Origin: an uncultured Gammaproteobacteria bacterium
GTDB lineage: Bacteria; Pseudomonadota; Gammaproteobacteria; CAISUE01
NCBI GenBank assembly: GCA_964471475.1
Contig: CAYYFQ010000009.1
Location: forward strand, 1,337 to 65,336
Length of the DNA: 64,000 bases
Direction: 5' to 3'
Shown here: positions 1 through 9,683 of the stretch, in pieces
How the letters are laid out: the number at the start of each line of letters is the position of its first letter
How positions within the stretch are numbered: position 1 is the stretch's first letter
Program-made: the position numbers and the translations under genes
The notes under the pieces: generated by a model
What the model saw: only the letters and a program-made list of their open reading frames with translations
What the model was told of the DNA's origin: nothing
Database searches by the model: none

Positions 1-1
1 G

Positions 2-1096
2 GCGATCACGGTGGCTACCGAAATTTCAGCTGCAGTTATCATTATGCAATTTTGGTATCCCCATGCAAGTGTATTTTTATTGTCCGCATTATTTTTTTTC
101 GGCGTTTTATTCACCAATATCTTTTCTGTACGAATTTATGCAGAAATTGAAAGTTTTTTATCACTCATTAAAATTATTGTAGTACTCGTTTTTATTTTTG
201 TAGGGATGTTGTTACTAGGTTATCATCCGGAGCTGGTCGTACATAACTGGACAATTCCTGGTGCGCCTTTTCATCAAGGATTATTTGGATTTGTCACCGT
301 TTTTTTATTTGTGGGTTTTTCTTTTCAAGGGACGGAGCTTATTGGTGTTGCTTCAGGAGAAACTCAAGATCCGCACCTGAGTATTCCTAAATCGATTCGT
401 TTAATTTTCTGGCGTTTGAGTTTATTTTATTTGTTGACCACTTTTATTATTGGTGGTTTGTTTCCTTATACGATGTCTTCTTTGTCAGTGCAAAATAATG
501 TGATGTGGAGTCCTTTTACTTTATTGTTTTCTAAGATTGGCGTCACTTATGCGGCTTCTTTGGTTAACTTTGTTATTTTGGTGGCAGTTCTTTCTGCCAC
601 GAATGCGAGCTTATATTCTGCAACGCGAACTTTATGGTATATGGCGAGCGTTGGGCAAACACCTAAAATTTTTGGTAAATTAAATAATGCAGGTACTCCA
701 CTTTTGGCACTCTTAGTGACGGCATTGATAGGTTCGTTAGTATTTCTTTCATCTTTTGTGGGTAATGGCTTATTTTTTACAGATATTGTGCAGGTTTCTT
801 CTTTATCAGGCTTCATTGCTTGGTTCGGGATTGCGTGGAGTCATTACAAATTTCGTAAGCACTATGTCGCACAAGGGCGCGATCTTCGACAATTGCATTT
901 TCGTGCTAAGTGGTTTCCCTATGCTACTCTTATAGCGCTGGTAATTTTGTTATTTATTATGTTTGGGCAAGTGATCCCTTGGGTGTTTTCTCATCACGGC
1001 ATTATTGAATTACTGATGATTTATTCTGCTTTGATTATGTTTGGAATGCTATGGTTGGGACATTATCTTTTTACCATTAATTTCAGACCCCATTAG
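2..1096 (+). CDS. amino acid permease, APC/AAT family (LysP/AroP-like); 5-prime end outside window
   Basis: Frame of ORF 11..1096 is open to the window edge. Polytopic hydrophobic protein with a GVASGETQDP...IPKSIR..FWR motif typical of AAT permeases. Confidence 0.85.
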   Translation, partial: AITVATEISAAVIIMQFWYPHASVFLLSALFFFGVLFTNIFSVRIYAEIESFLSLIKIIVVLVFIFVGMLLLGYHPELVVHNWTIPGAPFHQGLFGFVTVFLFVGFSFQGTELIGVASGETQDPHLSIPKSIRLIFWRLSLFYLLTTFIIGGLFPYTMSSLSVQNNVMWSPFTLLFSKIGVTYAASLVNFVILVAVLSATNASLYSATRTLWYMASVGQTPKIFGKLNNAGTPLLALLVTALIGSLVFLSSFVGNGLFFTDIVQVSSLSGFIAWFGIAWSHYKFRKHYVAQGRDLRQLHFRAKWFPYATLIALVILLFIMFGQVIPWVFSHHGIIELLMIYSALIMFGMLWLGHYLFTINFRPH

Positions 1097-1447
1097 TATT
1101 GTAAATAACAATCTTATCTTTTTGTATTTTTTGTAAAAAATTTTTTTTGTTTGGCATTGTATCCATAGCCAGTTTATAGTATCATCCCTGCTAACATAAT
1201 GAGCATGTAATCTCTTGTTTCTTGGTTTGCTAGAATAATACATTAATAAAAAAAATGAACTTAACTTGATAGCTTTTTTATTAAAATTGAGATACAATTA
1301 ATTCGTAATCTGAGATTAAGTTGCGTGCTACATTTGGAAACGTGCGCTCTTAATGAATATCTTAGTTTAATTGTTATTGATTAAGAGATATATGAAAATA
1401 ATTTTTACACATTGCAGTAGAGCAATAATTTTAAAAGGAGAAATAGT

Positions 1448-1675
1448 GTGGCACAACATCTGCAAGATCCATTTTTGGAAGCGCTAAAAGCGCATAATGT
1501 CCCAGTTGCAATTTATTTGATTAATGGGATCAAATTGCAAGGTCAAATTGAAGCGTTTGATGAAGATATCGTATTACTGAAAAACACTATTAGTCAAATG
1601 ATATATAAACATGCAATTTCAACCGTGGTTCCTACTCACAGCATTAAATTAGATTTGCATATTGATTCAGATTAA
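1448..1675 (+). CDS. hfq: RNA chaperone Hfq
   Basis: 75 aa with GTG start; GGAG 7 nt upstream. [46 protein letters not shown] are the Hfq Sm1/Sm2 motifs. Confidence 0.95.
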   Translation: MAQHLQDPFLEALKAHNVPVAIYLINGIKLQGQIEAFDEDIVLLKNTISQMIYKHAISTVVPTHSIKLDLHIDSD

Positions 1676-1698
1676 TTAAATGTTGTTGTAGTTTTCAT

Positions 1699-1727
1699 CG
1701 CCCCGAGCTTACCTTATTTTCGGGGCG
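1699..1727 (+). terminator. GC-rich hairpin downstream of hfq (8-bp stem cgccccga/tcggggcg, 13-nt loop), no clear U-tract
   Basis: Inverted repeat read directly. Lies 24 nt after the hfq stop. Confidence 0.3.
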
Positions 1728-1835
1728 CATGCTCTGTGAGCAAAAAATATAACTATCATTTTCTCTTCACCATAAAAAATCGTTCTGCTAATGTGATAGA
1801 ATAAGCGCTTTTAACTTCAGTCACTTCAAATTATC

Positions 1836-3386
1836 ATGAACACAAAAACCGTATTTCGTAATCTTTCTAGCTCTGAATTAATTGCACATGCTTTAGCTCG
1901 CCACGAAGGGAGATTGGCTGCTAATGGTGCTTTAACTGTTAACACTGGCACACGAACGGGACGTTCCCCTAAGGATCGTTTTATCGTTAAAGACCATTTG
2001 ACGGCTGAAAAAGTGGCGTGGGGACCTGTGAATCAACCTTTTGAAGCAGAAGCTTTTGATCAGCTTTATACAAAAGCCCTTGACTATGTTAATGCAAAAG
2101 ATCATTTTGTTTCAGATATGCAAGTAGGCGCAGAGCCTAAATATGCACTGTCCATTGAGATGATTACAGAAACTGCTTGGCAACACTTATTCGGTAAGAA
2201 TTTATTTGTTGAGCGTACTAAAAATTCTATTGAAGCGAATCGTCCTCATTGGACGATTTTGAATGTACCGGGTTTTATGCCAGATGTACTTGTCGATAAA
2301 ACACATTCCGATGGTTGCGTGATTTTAAGTTTTTCTCGCCAGGTTGTTTTGCTTTGTGGAATGCGATATGCGGGTGAAATGAAGAAAGCATTATTTGGGG
2401 TGATGAATTTTCTTATGCCAGATGAAGATGTACTCCCGATGCATTGTGGAGCTAATGTAGGCGAGTCTGGCAATGTGGCTTTATTTTTTGGTTTATCCGG
2501 GACCGGTAAAACCACATTATCTTCTGACCCCGCGCGTTATTTGTTAGGCGATGATGAACATGGATGGTCTCCCGAGGGAGTATTTAATTTTGAAGGGGGA
2601 TGCTATGCAAAATGTATTGATCTTTCTTCCGAGCGCGAGCCGATTATTTGGAATGCTATTCGCTTTGGTACAATCATGGAAAATGTAGTGCTAAATTCTA
2701 CTACGCTTCAGCCAGATTATCATGATAGTTCATTAACACAAAATACGCGGGCGGCTTACCCTTTAAGTTTTGTGGAAAAAAGAATTCAGAAAAATTATGC
2801 GGGTTTACCAAATGCAGTTGTTTTTTTAACTTGTGATCTTTATGGAGTGTTGCCCCCAGTTGCTTTATTAACCCGTGAGCAAGCGGCTTATTATTTTTTA
2901 AGTGGTTACACGGCCTTAGTGGGTAGTACGGAAATGGGGCAGGGCAAAGGTATTAAAACTACATTTAGTACTTGTTTTGGTGCGCCATTTTTTCCTCGCC
3001 CCCCTAAAGTATATGCTGATTTATTAATGAAAAAAATTAATCAAACCAAAGCAGATGTATATTTAGTGAATACCGGTTGGACGGGTGGTGGTTATGGCAA
3101 AGGAGGAGAAAGATTTAGCATTCCTGTGACGCGGACTATTGTGGACAGTATCGTGGAAGGCAAATTAAAAAATATCGAATATGATTTACTGCCCGGCTTT
3201 AATCTTAAAATTCCTAAAAATTTACCGGGTGTGGATAGTCAATTACTAGATCCTCGCAAGACTTGGCCTTTACTTGCTGATTATCAATCCTATGCAAATC
3301 AATTGATTCAGGAGTTTAATGCCAATTTTAAACGTTTTGACGTTGATTCATCTATTCAACAAGCAGCTCCCAAGGAACTTTCATGA
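1836..3386 (+). CDS. pckA: phosphoenolpyruvate carboxykinase (ATP)
   Basis: 516 aa. Contains [11 protein letters not shown] kinase-1a motif and [10 protein letters not shown]. Full-length collinearity with ATP-dependent PckA. Confidence 0.95.
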   Translation: MNTKTVFRNLSSSELIAHALARHEGRLAANGALTVNTGTRTGRSPKDRFIVKDHLTAEKVAWGPVNQPFEAEAFDQLYTKALDYVNAKDHFVSDMQVGAEPKYALSIEMITETAWQHLFGKNLFVERTKNSIEANRPHWTILNVPGFMPDVLVDKTHSDGCVILSFSRQVVLLCGMRYAGEMKKALFGVMNFLMPDEDVLPMHCGANVGESGNVALFFGLSGTGKTTLSSDPARYLLGDDEHGWSPEGVFNFEGGCYAKCIDLSSEREPIIWNAIRFGTIMENVVLNSTTLQPDYHDSSLTQNTRAAYPLSFVEKRIQKNYAGLPNAVVFLTCDLYGVLPPVALLTREQAAYYFLSGYTALVGSTEMGQGKGIKTTFSTCFGAPFFPRPPKVYADLLMKKINQTKADVYLVNTGWTGGGYGKGGERFSIPVTRTIVDSIVEGKLKNIEYDLLPGFNLKIPKNLPGVDSQLLDPRKTWPLLADYQSYANQLIQEFNANFKRFDVDSSIQQAAPKELS

Positions 3387-3769
3387 AAACAATTATTCAA
3401 ACGGCGTTAGCACCACGACCCATTGGTGCTTATAGCCAAGCAGTGGTCGTCGATGATGTTGTGTATTTGTCTGGTCAAATAGCGATCGATCCCGCTACCG
3501 GCGAGTTAGTGGGGCAGACTTTTGAAGAGCAAATCAAGCAAGTTTTTTTAAATATGGCAGCCGTATTGAGTGCTGCGGGTGGTGAATTAAGCCAAATAGT
3601 GAAGCTTACCATTTACCTTAAAAATTTTGCTGAAGATTATCCTAAACTCAATGAAGGAATGGTTAATTTCTTTTTTGATAACTATCCTGCACGCACCACC
3701 ATTGGAGTAAGCGCTTTACCTAAAAATGCGTTGGTAGAAATTGATGCGGTGGTTAGTTTGAAAAATTAA
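3383..3769 (+). CDS. ridA: RidA/YjgF family reactive-intermediate deaminase
   Basis: 128 aa. Has ...PIGAYSQAV...YLSGQI..DP.TGE... and C-terminal [21 protein letters not shown] typical of RidA. ATGA overlap with pckA. Confidence 0.9.
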   Translation: MKTIIQTALAPRPIGAYSQAVVVDDVVYLSGQIAIDPATGELVGQTFEEQIKQVFLNMAAVLSAAGGELSQIVKLTIYLKNFAEDYPKLNEGMVNFFFDNYPARTTIGVSALPKNALVEIDAVVSLKN

Positions 3770-3825
3770 AAGTAATTATGCTAACATGCTCACGTTTCTT
3801 TAATTATTAATCATCAAGGACTCTT

Positions 3826-4359
3826 ATGAAAACACTTGCTCAAATTTTAATGGTTTCTGTTGTGGGTTTAACCGTTTCTTCACTAACTTTTGCTGATTCA
3901 GCCGAAATAGATAAAAATGCTAAACGTGCTGCTCCCAAGGTTGATAGAGTAATAAATGCAGAAAACGCACGCCATAATCACGTTGATACGACAATTCACA
4001 GTAACAACATTAAACAGACGACTAATGTAAATACACGCCTTAATGCGCCCACAATAATAGAGAATCCCCGTTCGTCGTTGACGGCCGATAATGGCAGCCA
4101 TAATAAGGTATTAAATGTGCCTGTTAAGGATAATGGAAACACTGCAGACAACGGTGCCCAAATTGGTGGTGTAAATAGCAGCACTAATACAGCTGCGGTA
4201 CAAGGAGTGGGTAACACAGGTGCTCATTCAGGCAATTCAGTAGGCGCGGGTAACAGCACTTCCAATATCGTAAAAAATAGCACGATCACAGCGACTGATA
4301 GCACATTGTTTAGCAATAATGGAAATGTGACTAGCCCAGTAACACCTCCTCAGCAATGA
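3826..4359 (+). CDS. secreted Asn/Thr/Ser/Gly-rich protein (N-terminal part of a split gene?)
   Basis: Signal peptide MKTLAQILMVSVVGLTVSSLTFA|DS followed by low-complexity N/T/S/G-rich sequence. Ends at TGA 4357-4359, in the same frame as the next ORF. Confidence 0.6.
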   Translation: MKTLAQILMVSVVGLTVSSLTFADSAEIDKNAKRAAPKVDRVINAENARHNHVDTTIHSNNIKQTTNVNTRLNAPTIIENPRSSLTADNGSHNKVLNVPVKDNGNTADNGAQIGGVNSSTNTAAVQGVGNTGAHSGNSVGAGNSTSNIVKNSTITATDSTLFSNNGNVTSPVTPPQQ

Positions 4360-4389
4360 AAGGAAGGCAGCAGAGAAGTTAGTAACTAC

Positions 4390-4911
4390 GTGAACGGTGA
4401 TAAAATTACAGCGCTTAATGGTTCAGGCGCTGATAATTTTATCTCGCTCGATAGCGGGGTCTCAGGAGCTGCTGTTCATAATACCGTCATTGATAGCCAA
4501 ATTGATTTGACTAATGTAGGAACACATGACGATATTGCGGTGAAAGGTAAGGGAGCTAACTCTACGATGGAGCATGCGAATGTTCAACTAAAAAATCTTG
4601 GAGCCAATGATGCTATCTCTATGCAAGCTAATGTGGTAGGGGGATCTTCAAATGATTCTGCAGTGGTATCTGCTTTAAATCAAGGAAGTGGAGATACAGC
4701 GCGCATTGTAGGAAACTTTGTTAATACCTCAGGTGTTTTGCTGCAGAATAAAGGGAATAATGACCTGAGTATACTCGATGGAACGAAAGGTGGGAGTATT
4801 GATATTAATGGCTCAAATGATGTGGGGATGATGCTACCATGGTTTGTGGGTAATAGTGCTCCATCATTGCAAGCACAATATGGAGTGTTGAATCAGTTGT
4901 CAGAGAAGTGA
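4390..4911 (+). CDS. Asn/Gly-rich repeat protein (C-terminal part of the split gene?)
   Basis: Same frame as 3826..4359 with only one stop between them. GTG start with no nearby SD and no signal peptide. Periodic L-x-N/Q-x-G-x-x-D motif about every 22-28 aa. Confidence 0.45.
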   Translation: MNGDKITALNGSGADNFISLDSGVSGAAVHNTVIDSQIDLTNVGTHDDIAVKGKGANSTMEHANVQLKNLGANDAISMQANVVGGSSNDSAVVSALNQGSGDTARIVGNFVNTSGVLLQNKGNNDLSILDGTKGGSIDINGSNDVGMMLPWFVGNSAPSLQAQYGVLNQLSEK

Positions 4912-4953
4912 GCACAATTTTTTGTGCTGTATAGAGATATTTCTACAAATTAC

Positions 4954-4982
4954 TTGACTTTCGTTTCATAGCTAGGTAAAAT
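4954..4982 (+). promoter_or_regulatory. candidate sigma70 promoter of the str operon (TTGACT-17 nt-TAAAAT)
   Basis: Hexamers and 17-nt spacer read directly. About 180 nt upstream of rpsL. Confidence 0.4.
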
Positions 4983-5163
4983 TTTCCACCTTTGTTTGTG
5001 GGCTTTATCGTATTTCATCCGCATCCATGTGTTAACTCGCTCGTCAGTAATTCAATACAATTGATTGAAAAGCGAAAATTAAAATTTTAGGGCGTGCTGA
5101 TAATTTGTTGTTTAGCAAATTGTCAACACGTCTTAGTAAGAAATTGTTTTTGGAGATTATTTA

Positions 5164-5541
5164 ATGGTTACAGTAAACCAACTAGTTCGAAAAGGCCGAC
5201 TTACACCTGTGTGGAAAAGTAAAAGTCCGGCTTTAGCGCGTTGCCCCCAGCGTCGTGGTGTGTGCACGCGTGTGTATACCACAACACCCAAAAAACCAAA
5301 CTCCGCTTTACGTAAAGTCGCGCGGGTTCGTTTAACTAATGGTTTTGAGGTGACTGCTTACATCGGTGGGGAAGGTCATAATCTTCAAGAGCACTCCGTG
5401 GTATTAATTCGTGGTGGTAGGGTAAAAGACTTGCCGGGTGTGCGATATCATATTGTTCGTGGAGCTTTGGATACTTCTGGTGTAACAAAACGTAATCAGG
5501 GTCGTTCGAAGTATGGTGCCAAACGTAGTAAGAAGAAATAA
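5164..5541 (+). CDS. rpsL: 30S ribosomal protein S12
   Basis: 125 aa. [10 protein letters not shown]...[16 protein letters not shown]... is canonical S12. Confidence 0.98.
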   Translation: MVTVNQLVRKGRLTPVWKSKSPALARCPQRRGVCTRVYTTTPKKPNSALRKVARVRLTNGFEVTAYIGGEGHNLQEHSVVLIRGGRVKDLPGVRYHIVRGALDTSGVTKRNQGRSKYGAKRSKKK

Positions 5542-5558
5542 TTTTTGAGTAGATTAAT

Positions 5559-6104
5559 ATGCCGAGAAGAAAAGTTGTTGCAAAGCGTGAAATTCTAGCC
5601 GATCCAGTTTTTGGTAGTATGTTGATCGCAAAATTTATTAACCGCGTCATGAAAAATGGTAAAAAAAGTTTAGCGGAAGATATTGTTTATGGGGCTTTAG
5701 CTAAAGTTGAAGAGCGCCTCAAACAAAAAAGCAAAAAAACAGAAGGAGAGGGTGGCGAAGGTGGTGATGCAGGTGGTCATCATGGAGGCGCACGTTTTAC
5801 TAGCGTAGTAGAGTTGTTAGAAGCCATTCTTGACAATGTTCGTCCTACCGTTGAAGTCCGTGCTCGTCGTGTAGGTGGAGCTACTTATCAGATTCCTACT
5901 GAAGTTCGCGCAAGTCGCCGAGATGCATTGGGTATGCGTTGGATTATTGAGTGTGCGCAGTCTCGAGGTGAAAAAGGAATGGTATTGAAGTTGGCTGGTG
6001 AATTTTTAGATGCTTTAGAAAGCAAAGGCGGTGCAGTTAAAAAACGCGAAACCATGCATGCCATGGCTAAGGCTAATCAAGCTTTTGCACATTTTGCACG
6101 TTAA
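5559..6104 (+). CDS. rpsG: 30S ribosomal protein S7 (with about 25-aa Gly/Glu-rich internal insertion)
   Basis: [18 protein letters not shown]...[21 protein letters not shown] is canonical S7. 181 aa. Confidence 0.97.
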   Translation: MPRRKVVAKREILADPVFGSMLIAKFINRVMKNGKKSLAEDIVYGALAKVEERLKQKSKKTEGEGGEGGDAGGHHGGARFTSVVELLEAILDNVRPTVEVRARRVGGATYQIPTEVRASRRDALGMRWIIECAQSRGEKGMVLKLAGEFLDALESKGGAVKKRETMHAMAKANQAFAHFAR

Positions 6105-6238
6105 CAATTCTACTACGTCGGCCCTAAAACGTTGAGGTGCTGTGCTTCGTGGCTCACATACCAAACTGCGTATGCTTTACTACGATACTCGAACATCAAT
6201 GTTTTCTGTTTTGACTTAGCGAATTGTAAATATTAAAA

Positions 6239-6268
6239 AGCCTCGGATTCTGCCGAGGCTTTGTTTTT
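6239..6268 (+). terminator. intrinsic terminator/attenuator between rpsG and fusA
   Basis: Stem agcctcgg / ccgaggct with 6-nt loop, followed by ttgttttt. A-run upstream. Confidence 0.6.
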
Positions 6269-6300
6269 CACTTAATTTAAAACTTAAAAGAGGTTTAATT

Positions 6301-8403
6301 GTGGCTCGTACAACACCCATAGGTAATTACCGTAACGTTGGTATTTCTGCGCATATTGATGCAGGTAAAACCACTACTACCGAACGTATTTTGTTTTATA
6401 CAGGCGTCACACACAAAATTGGTGAAGTGCATGAGGGGGCTGCTACCATGGACTGGATGGAGCAAGAACAAGAGCGTGGTATTACTATTACTTCTGCCGC
6501 TACTACTGCGCATTGGAAAGGCATGGATAATCAATTTCCTCTTCATCGGATCAATATTATTGATACCCCCGGGCACGTAGATTTCACCATTGAAGTTGAG
6601 CGTTCTTTACGTGTACTCGATGGTGTTTGTGTTGTATTTTGTGCCGTAGGTGGTGTGCAACCTCAATCTGAAACGGTGTGGCGTCAAGCAAACAAATATC
6701 ATGTTCCTCGTATTGCTTTTGTTAATAAAATGGATCGCGCAGGCGCCAACTTTTTAAATGTTGTCAAGCAAATGAAAGAGCGCTTAGGGGCGGTTGCTGT
6801 TCCTATTCAATTGCCTATCGGGGCTGAAGAAAATTTTGAAGGTGTGGTAGATCTTATTCGTATGAAAGCGATCTATTGGAATGAAAAAGATCAAGGTTTA
6901 ACTTATGAAGCGCGCGATATTGCGCCCTCTATGCTTGAAGAGTGCAAAAAATGGCGAGAGCACATGGTGGAAGCTGCGGCTGAAGGCTCTGAAGAACTCA
7001 TGAATAAATATCTTGAAGAAGGAGATCTGTCAGAAGAAGAGATTCGTCAAGGGATACGTGAGCGTACCATTCGCAGTGAAATCGTTCCTACTGTTTGTGG
7101 TTCGGCATTCAAAAACAAAGGCGTGCAAGCCATGTTGGATGCCATTATTTATTATTTACCGGCTCCAAGTGATATTCCTCCAGTGAAAGGTATTTTACAA
7201 GATGGTGAGCCTGCTGAACGTAAAGCGCTTGACACAGAACCTTTTTCTGCATTGGTTTTCAAAATTATGACGGACCCTTTTGTAGGAACTTTAACGTTTG
7301 TCCGTGTTTACTCTGGTGTATTAAATAGTGGTGACAGTGTATATAACTCTGTCAAAGATCAAAAAGAACGTATTGGTCGACTTGTACAAATGCATGCAAA
7401 CACCCGAGAAGAAATCAAAGAAGTTCGTGCGGGTGATATTGCTGCGGTGGTTGGTTTAAAAACAGCGACGACGGGAGATACTTTATCTGCCGCTAATAAC
7501 GTGATCATTCTTGAGCGTATGGAGTTTCCTGAGCCAGTGATTGCGGTAGCGGTTGAACCAAAAACAAAAGCAGACCAAGAAAAAATGGGGATTGCCCTTA
7601 ATAAGCTTGCTCAAGAGGATCCTTCTTTCCGTGTGCGTACAGATGAAGAGTCTGGTCAGACTATTATTTCGGGAATGGGTGAATTACATTTAGAAATCAT
7701 TGTGGATCGGATGAAGCGTGAATTTAATGTCGAAGCGAACGTAGGTAAGCCACAAGTCGCTTATCGAGAAACCATCCGCAAATCAGTAGAACAAGAAGGC
7801 AAGTTTGTTCGTCAAAGTGGTGGTCGTGGTCAGTATGGTCATGTTTGGTTGCGTATTGAGCCGAAAGAAGCAGGTGCTGGTTTTGAATTTGTGAATGATA
7901 TTGTGGGTGGTGTGGTTCCACGTGAATACGTGCCTGCAGTTGAAAAAGGTATTAAAGAACAAATGCAAAATGGTGTGATCGCAGGTTACCCCGTAGTGGA
8001 TGTCAAAGTTTCTTTGTTTGATGGTTCTTACCATGATGTCGACTCCAATGAAATGGCTTTTAAAATTGCGGGTTCTATGGGTTTCAAAGAAGGCGCGAAA
8101 AAAGCACAACCTGTGGTGCTCGAGCCGATTATGAAAGTTGAAGTTATTACTCCTGAAGACTATATGGGAGATGTAATTGGTGACTTAAATCGTCGTCGTG
8201 GCGTGATACAAGGTATGGATGACTCTCCTGCAGGACGCGTGGTATTAGCGGAAGTTCCTATGGCTGAAATGTTTGGGTATGCTACTGATCTCCGTTCGGC
8301 TACACAAGGTCGAGCGAGTTATTCCATGGAATTTGCAAAATATATGGAAGCACCCGCGAATGTGGCTGAAGCCATTATTGCTAAACGTACTCAAAAGGAA
8401 TAA
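6301..8403 (+). CDS. fusA: elongation factor G
   Basis: 700 aa with GTG start after [38 protein letters not shown] is the canonical EF-G N-terminus. Confidence 0.98.
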   Translation: MARTTPIGNYRNVGISAHIDAGKTTTTERILFYTGVTHKIGEVHEGAATMDWMEQEQERGITITSAATTAHWKGMDNQFPLHRINIIDTPGHVDFTIEVERSLRVLDGVCVVFCAVGGVQPQSETVWRQANKYHVPRIAFVNKMDRAGANFLNVVKQMKERLGAVAVPIQLPIGAEENFEGVVDLIRMKAIYWNEKDQGLTYEARDIAPSMLEECKKWREHMVEAAAEGSEELMNKYLEEGDLSEEEIRQGIRERTIRSEIVPTVCGSAFKNKGVQAMLDAIIYYLPAPSDIPPVKGILQDGEPAERKALDTEPFSALVFKIMTDPFVGTLTFVRVYSGVLNSGDSVYNSVKDQKERIGRLVQMHANTREEIKEVRAGDIAAVVGLKTATTGDTLSAANNVIILERMEFPEPVIAVAVEPKTKADQEKMGIALNKLAQEDPSFRVRTDEESGQTIISGMGELHLEIIVDRMKREFNVEANVGKPQVAYRETIRKSVEQEGKFVRQSGGRGQYGHVWLRIEPKEAGAGFEFVNDIVGGVVPREYVPAVEKGIKEQMQNGVIAGYPVVDVKVSLFDGSYHDVDSNEMAFKIAGSMGFKEGAKKAQPVVLEPIMKVEVITPEDYMGDVIGDLNRRRGVIQGMDDSPAGRVVLAEVPMAEMFGYATDLRSATQGRASYSMEFAKYMEAPANVAEAIIAKRTQKE

Positions 8404-8420
8404 AAAAGTATAAAAAAGTG

Positions 8421-8449
8421 TTGTAATGAAAAAAAATCCCTGCTATAAT
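8421..8449 (+). promoter_or_regulatory. candidate sigma70 promoter of the S10 operon (TTGTAA-17 nt-TATAAT)
   Basis: Hexamers and spacer read directly. 53 nt upstream of the rpsJ ATG. Confidence 0.5.
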
Positions 8450-8501
8450 GCAAGGCTTTTCCGAAAATTGTTAGTTTAACGTTATTTAACAGGTTAATCG
8501 T

Positions 8502-9005
8502 ATGACGCAGTCTACTGCAAATGAAAAAACGCATGAAAATATGAAAGATGCATCCGTAGGTTCGACAAAAAAAACCACGTCAACAAAAACTGTGAAAAAA
8601 GCGGCTAAAAGTAGCGCAGTTTCTGCAAAAGCCACCGCAGTCAAAGCAGGTGCAACTTCTCCAAAAGCTGGGTCAGGCGCTTCTCAATCTAAATCATTGA
8701 AGCAACGTATTCGCATACGACTTAAAGCTTATGATTATAAAATTATTGAGCAATCTGCGAAAGAAATTGTGAATACTGCTAAGCGTACAGGATCACAAAT
8801 TTGTGGTCCTATACCATTGCCAACAAAAATCGAAAAGTTAACTATTTTAGTTTCGCCTCATGTAGATAAAGATGCGCGCGATCAGCTAGAAATCCGTACT
8901 CACTTACGTTTACTTGATATTATTGCGCCTACTGATAAAACAGTAGATGCATTAATGAAGTTAGATTTGGCGGCAGGTGTTGATGTAGAAATTAGTGTGG
9001 ATTAA
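8502..9005 (+). CDS. rpsJ: 30S ribosomal protein S10 with 65-aa Lys/Ala/Ser/Thr-rich N-terminal extension
   Basis: C-terminal 102 aa ([12 protein letters not shown]...) are canonical S10. The upstream 65 codons are open in frame. An alternative TTG start at 8697 would give a normal-length S10. Confidence 0.9.
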   Translation: MTQSTANEKTHENMKDASVGSTKKTTSTKTVKKAAKSSAVSAKATAVKAGATSPKAGSGASQSKSLKQRIRIRLKAYDYKIIEQSAKEIVNTAKRTGSQICGPIPLPTKIEKLTILVSPHVDKDARDQLEIRTHLRLLDIIAPTDKTVDALMKLDLAAGVDVEISVD

Positions 9006-9037
9006 TTCACTGAACAGAATATATAAAAGGTTTCGTT

Positions 9038-9673
9038 ATGAGTTTAGGTTTAGTAGGTCGCAAATGCGGCATGTCAAGAGTCTTTGATGAGTCGGGCGTT
9101 TCTTTGCCTGTGACAGTGATTGAAGTGCTTGATCAAAAAGTAAGTCAAGTAAAAGATAAAGACTATACGGCTATTCAAGTAGCTTACGGAAATAAGAAAA
9201 ATCGTAAAGTGACGAATGCATTGAAAGGGCACTACGCCAAAGCTGCCATTGAGCCTGGTTTAGGATTAATGGAGTTTCGTTTAGATGACGTCAGTAGTTA
9301 TAAAGCAGGCGATGAAATTAAAATAGATCTCTTTGCTAAAGGTCAATTCGTTGATGTGTTTGGTGTAAGTCGAGGAAAAGGATTTGCGGGGACTATTAAA
9401 CGTCATAATTTTTCTATGGGTGATGCTACGCACGGTAACTCTTTATCGCATCGTGCGCCAGGTTCTATCGGGCAACGTCAATCGCCAGGACGTGTATTTA
9501 AAGGTAAAAAAATGGCTGGTCGCATGGGTGGTAAGCGAGTGGCGGTACAAAACCTTGAAGTCGTTCAAGTATTACCTGAAAAGAAAGTAGTACTAGTTAA
9601 AGGTGCTGTGCCTGGTGCCCCTGGTGGTTTGGTCGTCATTAAGCCTGCAGTTAAAACAGCGAATAAAGGTTAA
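9038..9673 (+). CDS. rplC: 50S ribosomal protein L3
   Basis: 211 aa. [13 protein letters not shown]... is canonical L3. Confidence 0.98.
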   Translation: MSLGLVGRKCGMSRVFDESGVSLPVTVIEVLDQKVSQVKDKDYTAIQVAYGNKKNRKVTNALKGHYAKAAIEPGLGLMEFRLDDVSSYKAGDEIKIDLFAKGQFVDVFGVSRGKGFAGTIKRHNFSMGDATHGNSLSHRAPGSIGQRQSPGRVFKGKKMAGRMGGKRVAVQNLEVVQVLPEKKVVLVKGAVPGAPGGLVVIKPAVKTANKG

Positions 9674-9683
9674 GGGTAATAGC

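Noticed and set aside
4357-4359. In-frame TGA as selenocysteine or programmed recoding site
   Set aside because: I find no convincing SECIS-like stem-loop in the 40 nt downstream. The context is low-complexity secreted protein, not a redox active site. Pseudogene or sequencing error is more parsimonious.
6211-6239. TTGACT-17-TAAAAA as a dedicated fusA promoter
   Set aside because: The -10 lacks the invariant final T, and this is AT-rich DNA. It is kept only as a hypothesis within the rpsG-fusA spacer finding.
6295-8109. Shadow ORFs inside or antisense to fusA: 6295..6576(-), 6338..6580(+), 7724..7921(-), 7783..8109(-)
   Set aside because: They lie entirely within the strongly supported EF-G gene and have no recognisable products.
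9603-9683. Upstream-extended ORF starts in the track: rplD 9603, rplV 11732, alaS 22187, SDR 35610, lipoprotein 38196, potD 47369, lpxL-like 58558
   Set aside because: The extensions overlap the preceding gene or lack SD sequences, and the N-termini do not match the families. Internal ATGs give canonical N-termini, signal peptides or lipoboxes.
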